Shown here: piece by piece, positions 38,509-52,189 of the stretch
Layout of the letters: the number at the start of each line of letters is the position of its first letter
Numbering within the stretch: position 1 is the stretch's first letter
Assembly: GCA_051294375.1 (NCBI GenBank)
Contig: CM119266.1
Span: 27,142,718 to 27,206,717, forward strand
Direction of reading: 5' to 3'
Origin: Paraspadella gotoi
Lineage: Eukaryota > Animalia > Chaetognatha
Length of the DNA stretch: 64,000 nucleotides
Translations under genes and position numbers: made by a program
Notes under the pieces: generated by a model
Told to the model about the DNA's origin: nothing
The model's input: only the letters and a program-made list of their open reading frames with translations
The model's database searches: none

Positions 38509-40726
38509 AAGAGTTCTTGAATAAGTTGGTCGATCGCAGAAGGTCACGTGTGGTTACTGCCACAATAGCATATATTGATTTGGAGAGTTAGTGTTGAGAA
38601 TGTTCTATGTTATATGTACCTTGTACAAAATACAAAACAAAACAAACGCATCAAGGATCGCCATAGTTGCCTAGCAACCTTACGGAATTGCACGCGACGA
38701 GTCTTCCGAGTGTCGTGAGTGCGCGGAACTTAATAGGGCGTGGCTGCAATCTCTGTCACCCGCAGGAGGACGTGAAGCGTCGCCGTTGTTGTTGTTGTTT
38801 TTTCCGCTGCGGACGCGGAAATCAGACCGAAACGAGCGTGACTCGTCCGTGGGGGGGGGGTGTTTGTGTGTGAGGACTGAGGAGTGACGACGTAAGACGC
38901 AAGTTACGTGCGCACAAAAAAAAGGGAGTCACGCTTTCTGGCGGACAAGACCGAAGCGGTTGGCTATTGGCTTGGAAGACGCAAGCCGTTACTAAGTCGA
39001 CGCTCGCGGTTACTAAAAAGACGCAGTCAGACTCACGCGGCTGCTAGGGCAACGTATTTTGTGAGAACGAAGCGTTGACGATATTTTTTCCCCTTCGATT
39101 TCGACAATGGCGAAATGATAGTTGGGTGTGAAAGGATAGGGGCTTGAAAGGATAAGGGGGTGTCAAAGGATAGTGGGTGTAAAAATATATGGGTGTGAAA
39201 GAGGGGCGTAGCTCGGAATCCGGGTCCCTTAAAGATTTCCTTCCGAGACTCTGCTGTCGTACATTCGTCCTTAAGGGAAACGAGAAAATGGATCCCACGT
39301 CACGCTTGTTCCAAACTAACATCGTGACAAAGAGTTCGGAAATGTTTTGAGTTTTGACGGATGATTCTTTTCTTGAGTGGACGAAAAAAAAATTAAATAA
39401 AAGGTAAACAAATAAACAAACATTTCTCGAGACTCCAACCGGAAAATCCTAATTCTTCTTTGGCATCACACTATGCCGAGAGGAGAGCACGAGGGAGAGA
39501 GACGAGATGAACGGAGACGAGGGGGAGGATGTACGGAGCTAAGCGAGCAGAACGAAGAGAAAGACTGAGGAGAGAGGAGGAGAGAGGAGAGAGAGAGAGG
39601 CAATCATCCAACGGGAAACGAAAGAAAAACACAGGAAATGAAAAATGACGATCGATATCTGTGGAGGAGGAAGGGAGAGGGAGGAGGAAGGAGGGGAGAA
39701 AGAGAGAAGAGGGGAAAGGGAGGGAAATGAAAGGGCTGAAAAGGAGGAGAATAGAAGGGAGGAAAGGGGAAATTGGAGGAAGAAAGGAAGGAGAGGAAAG
39801 GGAGGAAGAGAAGGAAGGGAGGAAAGGGAGGAAGGAATAGGAAGAAGGGAGGAAAAGGGAAGGAGGAAGGGGAAAGTTGACGGGAGGACAAGGTGTAACA
39901 TAATAAGGGACACGAATGTAAATAGCGAAGAGGTAGCGCGGACAGACGAGTGAAAGGCATGCGAATAGACTGGGAGGAGAATATAGCACACAGGAGGACA
40001 TAGGATGGCAGGAGTATAGAGCAGAAGGCTGATGGGAAATGCGAGCGAAATCAACGTGTATGGTCGAGAGTAGCAGCCGGCAATAAGCGCCCACAACGCA
40101 CAGAGCCAACCTCTTGCAGCAACGAACGCGAGCATCTCTACCCTGTTTCTGGAACAGGTCAAGCGTAAAGTAAAAGAGGAACGAAGGGAGGAAAAGAAGG
40201 GAGGAACAACAGACGGAACGTGTCGAACAGTAAATTGTAATTGGAGATCCGGGGGAGACGATCTAGACAGCTGACGCGCTATCAGTGTGAGTGCAGAAGG
40301 GTAAACAGTCTAAAAAGGAAGGAAGCCAGGCGCGGGAAAGTAAGGGACGAAATATAGACAGGTAAATCAGCGTCAGAGGGTAGGAGAGTCCGAAAAGTGG
40401 TTAAAAAGGCAGCGAAAAGGAAGGAGGAAAAGGGTAATAAAGGAGGAAAGAAAGGATGAAAAGCGTTTAAAAAGCAGAGATAATGGGAAAAATGGTAGTA
40501 TATATCTAGATAACTAGGAAAGAATGGAGGAAGGAGAGGAGTAAAAAATAGGAAAGGAAAAGGGAAGAGATGCAAAGAAGAGGATAATATAGTTTCTATG
40601 AATATGGATGACACAAGATTGCAAGAGAGATGACCACGAGTATATGAGAGAGAAGAGAGAGAGACGAGAGAGATGACGATGTGAGAGAGACAGAGAGAGA
40701 GAGAGAACGTGCGGCGCCAACTTCAC

Positions 40727-40891
40727 CTACGGCGAAGTCGTGAGACTGGATATATCGTTGATGCTGTGAAAACGATTTCGCTCGCGGGCGAAACTCGTTG
40801 TGAAAATGTGGTGAACGTCGGGTCATAAACTCGGGAAATTCTCTCCTTCAATTCATAATTGCTTTTTTTTTTCTTCATATCCGCCATCTTG
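40727..40891 (-). other. Candidate first exon of a minus-strand gene (MADMKKKKSNYELKERISRVYDPTF...)
   Basis: CAAGATGGCGG (YY1/ATG context) at 40881-40891, with an open frame to an AG|GTGAAG donor at 40727/40726. No downstream exon was identified. Confidence 0.25.
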
Positions 40892-41231
40892 TTTTTTTAT
40901 TCTTTGTTGCCTGCGACAAGATTCACGATTTTTTTTCAAGGGGGACATAATTCAATCGGTTTAACTTTTTAAGTGTGGGCTGATAATTTTTTAACAACAG
41001 TCTGAATCTTGAAACTTGAAAAACTTGATTAATTAAACTAAATTTAGTTTCCCTTCAAAGGAAAAACCCTTATTCCAGTTAATCTCACGCATTCTCCCCG
41101 AGTGTGAGATCTCACATCATCACAATTCACACTCATGTTTTTCTATTTTTCTCGAAAAGTAAAGAAGACGAAGAAAAAAACTGTGATTTTTTTTTCGTTC
41201 GAGAACCAAATCTATTTTCCTCCGCCGCCGG

Positions 41232-41375
<144 letters not shown>

Positions 41376-41760
41376 CGTCCCACGACCTTCCTTTCTTTTC
41401 CTCTCTCCATTTTTTATCTCTTTCCTCCTTTCTTATATCCTCTCACAGATGATATTGATATCTTTGAATGGACGGAAAGGAAAGAAAGATTTATTCCTTC
41501 ATTCTTTTCTCCCTCCCCGTTCCTCCGACCCAAAGTTTTCCTCCCTTTTTCTCTTCCTCTTCCTCCAACTTTGATACCTTTTGTATGTTGAGCTCATTCA
41601 CAACTCGCAATGTTTTTGTGTTAATTTTGGCAAGAGTAATAAATCAAAATCATAGCAATCTTCCCCTCTTTCGGTATTCTTTTCTTTTGGGTCCTTATCT
41701 TTCCCCTCTTTTCTTATCAACTACGTCCCCTTTCTTCTTGCTCCAGCGACGTAAGATTCT

Positions 41761-41838
<78 letters not shown>

Positions 41839-42582
41839 CTCTCTCCTCTCCCTCCCCTCTCCTCTCTCTCTCTCTCTCCCTCTTCTCTCTCTCTCTCTCT
41901 CTCCGCTTTATTCTAAATCCCCCATTTCATAATTTTTTTTCTCGATCCGCAGCTTTTTTTCCTTCGGCTAACCGTTTCCTGCTTCTTCTTCTCTCTTCCT
42001 CCTTCCTCCTTCCTCCCCCTCTTATCCGTCGTTGGAATCCGAGCAACAGATTTTTAGAGGAAGGAAATAATAAGCGTTGAAATAAACAACATCCACGGTG
42101 ACGGCCGCGTGACGAATCAAGTTTCTGGGGGGGGGGGAGAGGAAAGGGATAAAAGGAGAGAAAATGGGAGGAAAGGGTTGAAAGGGGAGGCTTAAATAGG
42201 AAAGGGAGGAAGGAAAAAAAAATAGAAAGACAATTAAAAGATATGAAAGAAAACAAAAGAAAGAAATGAAGAAATAAATAAATGAAAGCAAAGAAAAAAA
42301 CAAGGAAACAAAGAAACAAAGAAACAACGAAACAAAGAAACAAAGAAACAAAGAAAGAAAGAAAAAAAGAAAGGAACAAAGACACACAAGGAAAGTAAAG
42401 AAAAGAAAGAGAAAAAAAAATGTGAGAAAGAGATTTCATTTTCTGACTGAACCACCGAACCCCCATATCGCGTTCCCTAGAGAGGTTTTTCTCATTCCGT
42501 GAGATTTTCTTTCAAATTCATATTTTTCGACTTTTCCTCCACAGTTCGACGTCCGTGTCGTCGTCGTCGTCGTTACGATCGG

Positions 42583-42614
<32 letters not shown>

Positions 42615-42684
42615 TTGTTCTCCCACGAGGAATCCCGAATTTTAAAAACTTCACCGAACGGAACCAAATGGAACTTACCCTCCT

Positions 42685-42775
<91 letters not shown>

Positions 42776-43398
42776 TCTCTCTCTCTAAAAAAAAAGAATT
42801 CTCCCGAGAGGCGAGAGACCGAATCCTTCGATTTCTCAGAAATACTCAATGTCACATCTGCGAATACTTTCGAACACTTGCGAATACTTACTCTCGCTTT
42901 CCTTTTTTCAATCTGCAAATATGTGCTTAGTCAAAAAAGTTCTTGGAAGGAGTAAAATGGGGGAGCGCCGAGTAGCACGTTTCTTGAGATAAACATGCAC
43001 AATTGCACATACATATTGTATATATCTTTGAAATTTACTACGGTTAAAAACTCAGTGAAAAACGTCAGATAAATGTATTTTTAGCAACGTGAGGAGAAAT
43101 CACTAAACTGATTTAGATCCCTGACTGGTTTTCGATCGAACTCGGTTTTTAACCGTAAAGAAAACCGAGATCGTACCTAATGAATTCACATTTTAAAATT
43201 TGCTCAACCGAACCGGCTCGTAGTCGTACCAGCAGAAAAGACCCGTTTCTCTTTCCGCCGCTGCTGTCGCCGCCGCCGCCGCCGCTGAAGTTGCTGCCAA
43301 TAAAAACAACTGAAAACGAAGAGAACGACGATTTTAAAGAGAAAATTTACAAGCAAAGAATTTAAAAATTATTTCGCAGTAGATATTGGCTAAAAAAT

Positions 43399-45377
43399 AT
43401 GTCAACTACCAAGGCGCCGGCTTCGACCGACACCGCCGAACGACGTCGTCGAATGGCGGGATTCGTGGCCAGGACTTCTTTCTCCATCGACGAGGCGTCG
43501 ACGGCGGACGAGGAACGCCACGAAGACGCCGACGACCCTGCGGGAGACGCTCCGGATTCCGTCGCGGAATCGAAAAGACTGGAAAAACTTGACTTTGGAA
43601 AAGTTTATCGGAGGGCGAATTCGAAGAAATGTTGCGAGGAAAGATCGTGAGTTGGTCGCACTCACTTTGGATTCATGACTAATAAACAAATCATTTATTC
43701 AATATAAAAATACTAAATAGAAATTCAAATAAAATAAAATAAACTTAAAAATATAAGGATACAGTTTATTCAAAAATTGACAGTTTTAACCTTATATAAA
43801 TAATGATTTTTCTTCCTATATTCAAAGTAGAGTCATGTCCCATGGCACAAGTCTCACTTTTTTTTCCCTTGGGCCTCACCTCGCTCCGCAGGCCCGAGCT
43901 CCTCGCGGCTCACCCGGCTTTCCTCCAACAATCGACCCTCGATCCCGCTCTCTTCCCAAGCGGAGGCTACGACGGACCCAACTCGGGGAACCGGTGGTAC
44001 GAGAACGCCGACGAAATTCCGGGTAAATTGCAGTCAGGTTGGAACTCGAGCCAGAATTTGATTGGTGAAGTTGATTGTTGATTTTGATTCTAGTCTTAAA
44101 ATTCTCGGTGAGAACTGAGCCTGACTTAAATTCAAACGATCGGTAAAGTTAAATTTGTGGACAAGGCGCTTAGTGGGCTAAAGACTACCATCCGTATCTT
44201 ATGTGCCCCCTCAGCAGCAATGGAACGGGTCCTGGTCTTGGAACCAGGCTTGAGGTTTTCCAGGCCCCCAAGGCGGTTTAAGGCCGTCCTCACATGATTT
44301 TGAAATCATTCCTCACCTTTAACTTAACCTTGGAGCATGAATCACCCTTGACTCACCCATTGCAGTTTTTCCCCCGTCTTTTCCCCATCCCTTTCCTCAC
44401 TCTCAGGTTTCCTCCGAGGAGCAGCCGCCTCCGCCGATCTCCTCGACTCGCCCGTCCAATTCGAATACCTCGACCACACCGCTGACGTCCAGCTTCACTC
44501 TTGGGGGCGCGACCACACCGAGGCGCTCGCGCAGTTGGGCGTGGCAATGTTTAACTACATGACGGGCGACTTTGCGGCCGTGGAGACGAGAGACGTCTTC
44601 CGGTAGGCGGGTGGCGGTTGTGGGGCAGTGAGCGCCTTAGCGCCGTATCCACAATTCTCCCACAGTTTATTAACGAACATAGTATTATTTTAATTTAGTA
44701 TCTATTCGTTAAATGTCTGACTAACCAACCCTAGTTGACTTTATGTCTACATTTTCATGTTTGCTGTTGTATGCAGTATGCTGTACTTGTTGTGCATTTG
44801 TTGCAAGTCGTCGTTGTCGTTGTCCTTCAGATTCTCAGCAACTGCGGACGACGTCGAAGGCCTCGTCTTCCATTTCCTCGACGAACTTCTCTTCGCCTTC
44901 GCCGCTGAGCCTTTTTTCGTCGCTAAGAAGGTGAGGAGGAGGAGGAGGAGGAGAAGGAGGAGGAGGAGTAGGGTTAAGCATTAGCGACAAAGATTAAAAT
45001 TACGGATTATGGTCAGAGGTTGGATTAAAGAGAGATAAGGATTAAATATTAGCATTACAATTAAATGGAACGCATTCGGAAAATACAGTGCCCAAAATTT
45101 TAACCTGTCTTTACCCGGCTCTCCTTTAATCTCTCTGTCCCACCTTCCCATCTCTCGACCCTCTCGTATCAAGGTGATCGTCGAGAGCCTTCGCATTCTC
45201 CCCGAAGGATGCAGCGTCTCTGGAGAGGCCTACGGCGAACCATTCGACGTCCGGAAGCACAAAGCTGGGACGGAGATTAAGGCCATCACTTACTCCGCCA
45301 TGAACGTTTATAGTCGGGAAAAAGGGGACAAGACGGAGAAAGGGAATGTCGAGATTTTTGTCATTGTTGACATTTGA
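43399..45377 (+). CDS. ZBTB8OS: Archease (RtcB tRNA-ligase cofactor), 5 exons: 43399-43646, 43892-44022, 44407-44602, 44831-44930, 45174-45377; about 292 aa
   Basis: The spliced translation has the archease hallmarks [49 protein letters not shown] and C-terminal FVIVDI-stop. All four introns are GT-AG with matching phases (2,1,2,0). AATAAA lies near 45444. Exons 3-5 are secure; exons 1-2 rest on splice phase and open frame only. Confidence 0.93.
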
Positions 45378-46509
45378 CGTTCGATGTCATTTGTTTAATG
45401 ATTAATATTTACGATGCTGAAAAAGATATTCACTTATTCATGAAATAAAAAGTAAATATATTGGCAAAAGAAAGGTTTTCACTTAGTTGGCAAAATATAA
45501 ATTAGCTCAAACTCAAAAGTTCCAAGTTCTAATTTCAGTCTTCGGACTTATTATTTAGTTCACAGATTAAAAACGATTCTCAATTTTTTTAGTTCAACTA
45601 TAAAATAATATCTAATTATCTAACTCAATAAAACTAACGAAAACAATAAATAATCGTTAACTGTCGTTCCTCAAAAAACAGTTAGTCCCGCTCGCCGATT
45701 GAAATTTCAAATATCCAAGACGAATTCCGAGAAAATATTAAAAAAAAAAACAACCAAATTCAGATTTTTTTTCTCTTTCTCCCTCGGCCCGTTAAGCGCG
45801 ACCGACCGCAATCATAAAAAAAGCAAAATAAACAAACAATCGAAATAAAGAAAATCAGTTTTCCCTTTCGATTTCTGTCGCTGTCGTCACGACTGTTGAT
45901 TGTTGTTGTCTGTCGCTGTTGCTCGTTTTCTTTCTATTGCGGCCGTTGGTGTCGTCATTGTTTTCTTCGACATCGTCGTCGTCGTCATCGTCGTCTTTTT
46001 GACGCTGAGTCGACTTTGTTTTCGTTTCATTTCACTCGCGATTTTGTTTTATTTTGGTTTTATTCGATTTTTATGGGTTCCGCCCTTCCCCCCCCCACAG
46101 TCGACGGTTAAAGAAAAGGCCCAGAGGATAGGAAATAGAAGGGATCGGAGCAGATGAGAGAGATGTAGCGATGAGGTAATGGGCGAGGGCAGAACAGAAG
46201 AGATTAGAGCGTCGAAGGAGGTAGAGAGAGAGAGAGAGGAGGGGGATACTAGAATACTTGAGATACTAGTAGAAAAACAAGTTTGAGCAAACAGTGTCGG
46301 ATGATAAATCCCGATTATTGTTTCAATTTGTGATCCTAACTGATCATAACAGATAGTACCATTCCAAACCAATGGCTGCGCCAATACATGTAAATCGCTT
46401 GCAACGGATTAAACTAAAATAATTACAATAAAATAAAATAAACTAAAATAAACTAAAATAATTACAAATCAAGTACAAATAATTATTATAATTATACAAA
46501 CTATTATTA

Positions 46510-47035
46510 TTTTTTTTCAACTTGCACTTGCATAATTTTTTAAACTCGCATCATTTTTTTAACTTGCCTCATTTTTTACTTGGCATCATTTTTTCAACTT
46601 AAATCATTTTTTCAGTAATCATCATTTTTTCAACTTGCATAATTTTTTTCAAATGGCATCATTTTTTAAACTCGCTCCATTTTTTTAACTCTCATAATTT
46701 TTTTCCATTTGCATCATTTTTCAACTTAAATAAGTTTTTAAGTTAGCATTATTTTTTTAACTTGCACCATTTTTTCAACTTGCATCATTTTTTCAGCTTG
46801 CATCATTTTTTCAACTAAAATCATTTTTTCAGTTAGCATCATTTTTTCAAACTAAAATCATTTTTTCAACTTGCATCATTTTTTCAAGTCATAGAATTTT
46901 TTTTTCTTTGCATAATAATAACCATAATTCCAAACCCTAATCTAATCCTCAACCCTTATTCCTAATTTATAACAATAACCCATAACCTCCAACCCTGGTC
47001 CCTACCCAATTTCATAACCTTAATCCCCAACCTGA
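46510..47035. repeat. 19-20 bp satellite (TTTTTCAACTTGCATCATT) followed by degenerate AACCCT-like repeats
   Basis: About 19 units at 46510-46890, then TAACC/AACCCT variants to about 47035. Confidence 0.9.
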
Positions 47036-48755
47036 TTTTTATCCCACAAAAATGAGAATGAAATGGGGCGTTTTGGGAAAATAAGGTCCTAATCACGAAT
47101 CACAGTGAACTTATGGGCCAATGAAAATTATCCATGATCGTTTTATACCTTTTTTAGTTTTTCATTTATTTTTATTTTTTAGTCCGAAAACGATGTTCTT
47201 TTGAACTCAAAATAACTAAAAGACAGAGGGAGCAAGTCTGAAGAATTTTCCAAACAAAACAGCACCAATCGTCCAATTTCATGCAACAAGTTTCAAATTC
47301 AATGTTTATATTTCTCGGAAATATGGTAATGTTTATCATTACTCAGAAATCACTAATTCTTACTTCAGTATTCGGGATTTGATTTTGGATAAATTTAAAA
47401 GTCTGGATCTTTTTCAACAAAATCAACCCAATTCAAAAAGTAAGCTTTGAAGAAAACGAAAATAATAAATAATAAATAATAATAAATCGAATTTAAAATA
47501 TAATGAATTGTAAACAAATGTAAATGAGGCCTCTCTTGTCAAATCATCAACATCTTGATATCAAACAAGCCAGAACAAATAGACTGCTTCTGGACTGAAG
47601 TATGTTCCTGTTCAACAAATGACGTCCAATTTTGGAATCCTTTGGCAAAGTGTCTGAAGGGCTCTCAAAATTTTCATTTACATTTTATTTGGTTATTTTG
47701 ATATGATACAATCATGGGAAAGTGAATTAGTCCATTATGGTGAAATTTTTATTTAAAGTAAACGTAAAAGAGGAGCTAACGATCGGAATTCTAAGAGTTT
47801 TCAACCGGGAGTCAGATTCGGGAAAAATCTTCTATGGCGAAAATCTTCCAAAGAAGGGGTTGATTTTCCAAAGATTTTGGTTAGGCACCACGCATAAAAC
47901 GGGGTATATTTTTTCGCAATCGAGTAAACAAAAAGATTTCGGAATTTTCTTTACCGTTTTTTTAAATTTCAGATTTTTTTTTATAATGATTTTCTTTCTT
48001 TTCGTTAATTTAGAAATTTTTAGGAATAACAGTTTTTGTGTTTTAACGAATTTTTAATCATAGTTTATAGGACATGTTTCGAGCTTCCAACAAAGCTTCC
48101 AACAAAGAGTGAGGGAAAGGACAGTGGTCAGACTTGAGGACAGGTGAAGGTAAGATCAGGGAAGAAGAGAAATAGGATGAATGGTTGAAATGTGAAAAGT
48201 GAAGGAGAGAGATAGAGAGAGTGAGAAATATAATTACATTTGGTAATGTACAACAAAGATAAAATGAATAAATAGGCAAACTTAATATGTTTAAACTAGT
48301 AGAGTCAACAAAGTTAGTAATTTAATTAGTTAATTAATTAAGAATGAAATATGAAGGAAGAATGAGAAGAATAAGTGGTGAGGGATAGCTAAGTTTAGTG
48401 TTAGTGAAATATAAGTAAAGAAAGAGCTCAAAATGAGCTGGCCCCTCCCGGCCGGGCAAAAGAGAGACATTAACGATGAGGTCGGGTCATTGACTTGTCA
48501 TAGGCTGAGAGTGTATCGTCATAGATTGGGCTTCGTTTTCCGTTTTACCCAGTTTTATACGTGATGCAATTTTCTATATTTATGGTGGGATTTTTTTGAA
48601 ACTTAATACTAACAATATTGTCATCATTCTACCTTGGCCGGTATAAGAANNNNNNNNNNNNNNNNNNNNNNNNNTATATTAAAAAACCTCGGGCTTTGTT
48701 CGTCAAAGCTTAGTCCTACCTAACTACATTTAACAATTTTTTATTTGATTCAGGA

Positions 48756-50501
48756 ATGTCGTTGTGCTCCAACGAAGGCTGCGTCAAAGGAACGGATCCT
48801 TCCAAACTTTTACTCTGCACCAGATGTCGCTCAGCAAGATATTGCAACAAGGCTTGTCAAAGACGCGACTGGCGACGACGTCATAAAGACGCCTGTCAAG
48901 TTTCGCTTGCTCATAGTAGTTCGACGCCTGATCGCCTCGAATCTGTATTCAGCAACTTACACAGAAAAAAGATTTTCAATTTTCACGAGGAATACAAGAC
49001 AGAGTATCCCATGGATCAGAGTCACTTTCAATTTCTCTCTGTTTATCATGAAGCAGCTTGCAATGGACTTAAATCAGAACACGCAGACCCACTAAGATTT
49101 TTAGTAATGGTGCAACAGAATTCAGAATTGTATAACCGTTGGGGAAAACAATTTATGAATCCAAGATTCAATTCATTTTTGGTGTCAGATCCAGCTGTGG
49201 GGGAAATTGCGCCATGGGTGAAACGATGGATACATAGCTGGAGATCATAAATATTTCAACACCATGAATGATCACAGCGTGAATGAAATGATTGTGAAAA
49301 GAGGTGATACCATGGTTATGATAGGCTTGCAAATCTTCACCAGTTAATCATGACCAATTTAAAAGAAGAGGGTAAAACTCAAAAGCCGTTCAAGTTGATC
49401 GCAATCAATATGTCACCAGTTTACATTGCTAAAAGATTGTTGTTCATTCAATGATGATGGAAAATTGTCGATCCAAAAGCATTTTACAAGTCATGTTCTC
49501 CACTATTTGGGACGAACCAACTTTGCTTGAATTCTGCATGTGTTGTGCTAAGATGGCACTGAAATACAGGAATATCCAAAAATACACCTTCTCCTTCGCG
49601 TATGGTTGGAAATTAAAATTACGGTGTCCAGTGGTGTCGAACTTTGGCAAAGCCATCAAGGGGTTAAGTTTCAGGGAAGTTATGTTCACAAACAAATGTT
49701 ATTTTAAAAAACAAAGTAGATCGAGTTGATTATGCCCGTTATCTCTCTACCGGATCAGTATTTGTGTCAGAAAAAGATGGTGAAGTCGGCAACATCACCA
49801 CAGCAGATCTACACGGGCCTTATTGTGTAAGTCGTGGGCAAAATGAAAACATTTATAACACCATCGCGCCCGAAGACATTCTTGAAGAAGGTGTTCCTAT
49901 TCTCAAGTCTCTGCAGAAAAAATTAATTCACCAAGTGGATGTCTTAAAGCAAAACCTTATTCAAGGTCGTATAGAGTGCGAATTTCATTGCGAAGAAGTA
50001 TCTTTAAAAAATGAAAGCATATTGAGTTACTTGAAAAAACAGTCAGTGAACACGGTTGATTGGGCCAACTGTCTCAGTTACCTGAATCCAGATGAAGCTC
50101 ATAAAATTTGTTGTGCAATCAGCTCAAAAGAAGCAAAGATAAAACACATTGGATTTTTTAAAGATCTTTCAAAATACGTCTATGGAGCTACTTCTAACGA
50201 CTATCCTTCTCAAAATGAATTGCTCCCACTTTTGGAAGATCATCAGCGTGAATATGCTTCATTTTCTCAAGTACATCAACGGTTGCTACCACCAGCAGAA
50301 GCTCCTCTCTTGCTCGATACACCCCGATCCATCGAACGACAGCTGGGCAAAAAGTTTTTCAAGAAATTTGCTTTGGCTTACTTTGAAGATAACAAATTCA
50401 AAATCAGTGATGTGAAGTATTGTGATTTTAACATATTTGGGGTGCCTAACAACAGCTTAACTGTACATTTTGAATTGGTTCGAGTTCATGAGTCGAATTA
50501 A
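48756..50501 (+). CDS. MYND-type zinc-finger protein with large uncharacterised C-terminal domain (about 580 aa), broken by several frameshifts in this consensus
   Basis: N-terminal CSNEGC...CTRCRSARYCNKACQRRDWRRRHKDAC matches the MYND finger pattern. Protein-like segments continue across frames (ORFs 48756-49250, 49451-49729, 49764-50501; SILQVMFSTIW, DRVDYARYLSTGSV, VNTVDWANCLSY) with uniform composition and no evident introns. The frameshifts may be sequencing errors or pseudogenisation. Confidence 0.8.
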
Positions 50502-52189
50502 GTGCTTAGTTCTGATTTTTTATTATTTATAAATCTATCACTATCTACTGGAAGCTTTCATTAAATAATACATATGCTTTTTGGTGTCTGTCCTCACTTT
50601 TTCGATGTTAAATTAAAAAAAGAAAACAAAGAAAAATTGGCAAATGTAATATTAATAATTGGTTTTGATTTTTTTAACCACAAAAATATCACTTATTGAT
50701 ATTTTATTTCCTTCTTTTTGTTTAAAAATGTTTTCATGAGATATTTTTATTCAAGTTTGAGTCTTTTGGTCATTTGGTACTTTATCTATAAAAAAAATTT
50801 TAAAATTTAATAAACACGTATTTCAAATGGGAGTGAAATGAAAAGATCAAATACTGTGGCTAAATAATTTGTTATAGCAACTTAAGATTTTGCACTCTGG
50901 TAGAAAAATCGCTGACGTTTTTAAACTTGAATAATTTTTTCACCTTAGTATTTACCGATGCAATTGTTACGAAATAACTATCTTTTATATTACGATGAAA
51001 TCCAGCTTCTTAGATTAGATTAGATTTATTCAAGAAGGACGGGCCGGGGCACAGTGATCCCCAAAAAAATTAAAACCGGATAAAAGCCACTTGAACATAC
51101 GGGCATAAATGCATATTCAGTCTTTCCATAGTAATGGTACAAAGTCTTATGTAAGATAACATTTTCCAAAAATTATTCTTTCTAAAGTTATAAGCATTGA
51201 GCAAATCTCTATTTCGGGTGAGTCTTTGAGAGGTTTGTTTCACTCACGTGGAAGAGAAAAAATTATTTAACTTTGTTATGGTATCAGCACTTTGTCTAGT
51301 TTGTTAACAAATAAAAAAATGATTTTTATATTATGTTCACTATGTATGATATGAAAAACATAGTAAAACTCATCGAATTTCAACCGATTTCAATCAACCA
51401 GATTTAGTTCCTAATGATACATCTTATCACTAATCTAGTTTTATTAATTAAATCTCATCCGCATTTGTCCGCCCCTTTCTGAGAAATTTAAAATGCTTTT
51501 ATTCCAAAAATAATAAAAAGAATTCGATATTCTTCAGAAATTACTATATGATTCTTTTCTTTGACGCGATTTTCCGATCTTAATTTGCTTAGTGCACTTT
51601 TAAAAGATTAAATTAATGATCTTAAATTCAGCAAATATATACCTATTTACTTATAATATAATAAAGAAAAAAATATTAGAGTTCAGTCAATTTCTTTTTA
51701 ATATCAAAAATTATAAATCAGAAGTTGTTCAACTACCATAAATGATTTTTTTAAAAAACCAAATTTGGCGGTAAATGAATTTTTTCTCCATATTTTTTCA
51801 AATCACTTTATATCATTTGAAACGTTTCAAACAACCTCAGATGGCATCTATGATAATCAGCATACGAGAAAATGTTGTTTTTGCCAAAAAAGGGAGGTTT
51901 ATCCGGAAATTTAGGCGCATTTGGATTCACTGTGCGGGGCTAGGCCATGGGTCGCAGTTACAAATAATCACAGACAGGTTTACAATTAATCACAGCATAA
52001 CGAGAACAATAATTATCTTCGGAAACAAATTTGGTCAAAGTATTACGGCACCGAATAGGTGAAAAGGAATTTTCAATCCATTTCTAATCCGTATCTTTTA
52101 CTGAAGTCTGTAATTTAATCTTTTCATAACTCTTTTCAAATACAAACAGTATCCTATACAAAGAAAACAGAGTTAAAATCTTAAGCTTT

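Noticed and set aside
37712-38563. 283-aa ORF with CAHYIL Cys/His repeats resembling a metal-binding protein
   Set aside because: It derives from a 30-bp minisatellite plus an (AG)n tract; all minus frames are open for the same reason.
39480-40700. Long minus-strand hydrophobic ORFs (207-212 aa)
   Set aside because: Purine-rich low-complexity, noisy-looking consensus; the open frames follow from strand composition.
43892-44022. Archease exon 2 as an Ashwin fusion (PELL...NRW resemblance)
   Set aside because: Only two short words match, the spacing differs and the PLPQR-type motif is absent; not supportable without a profile search.
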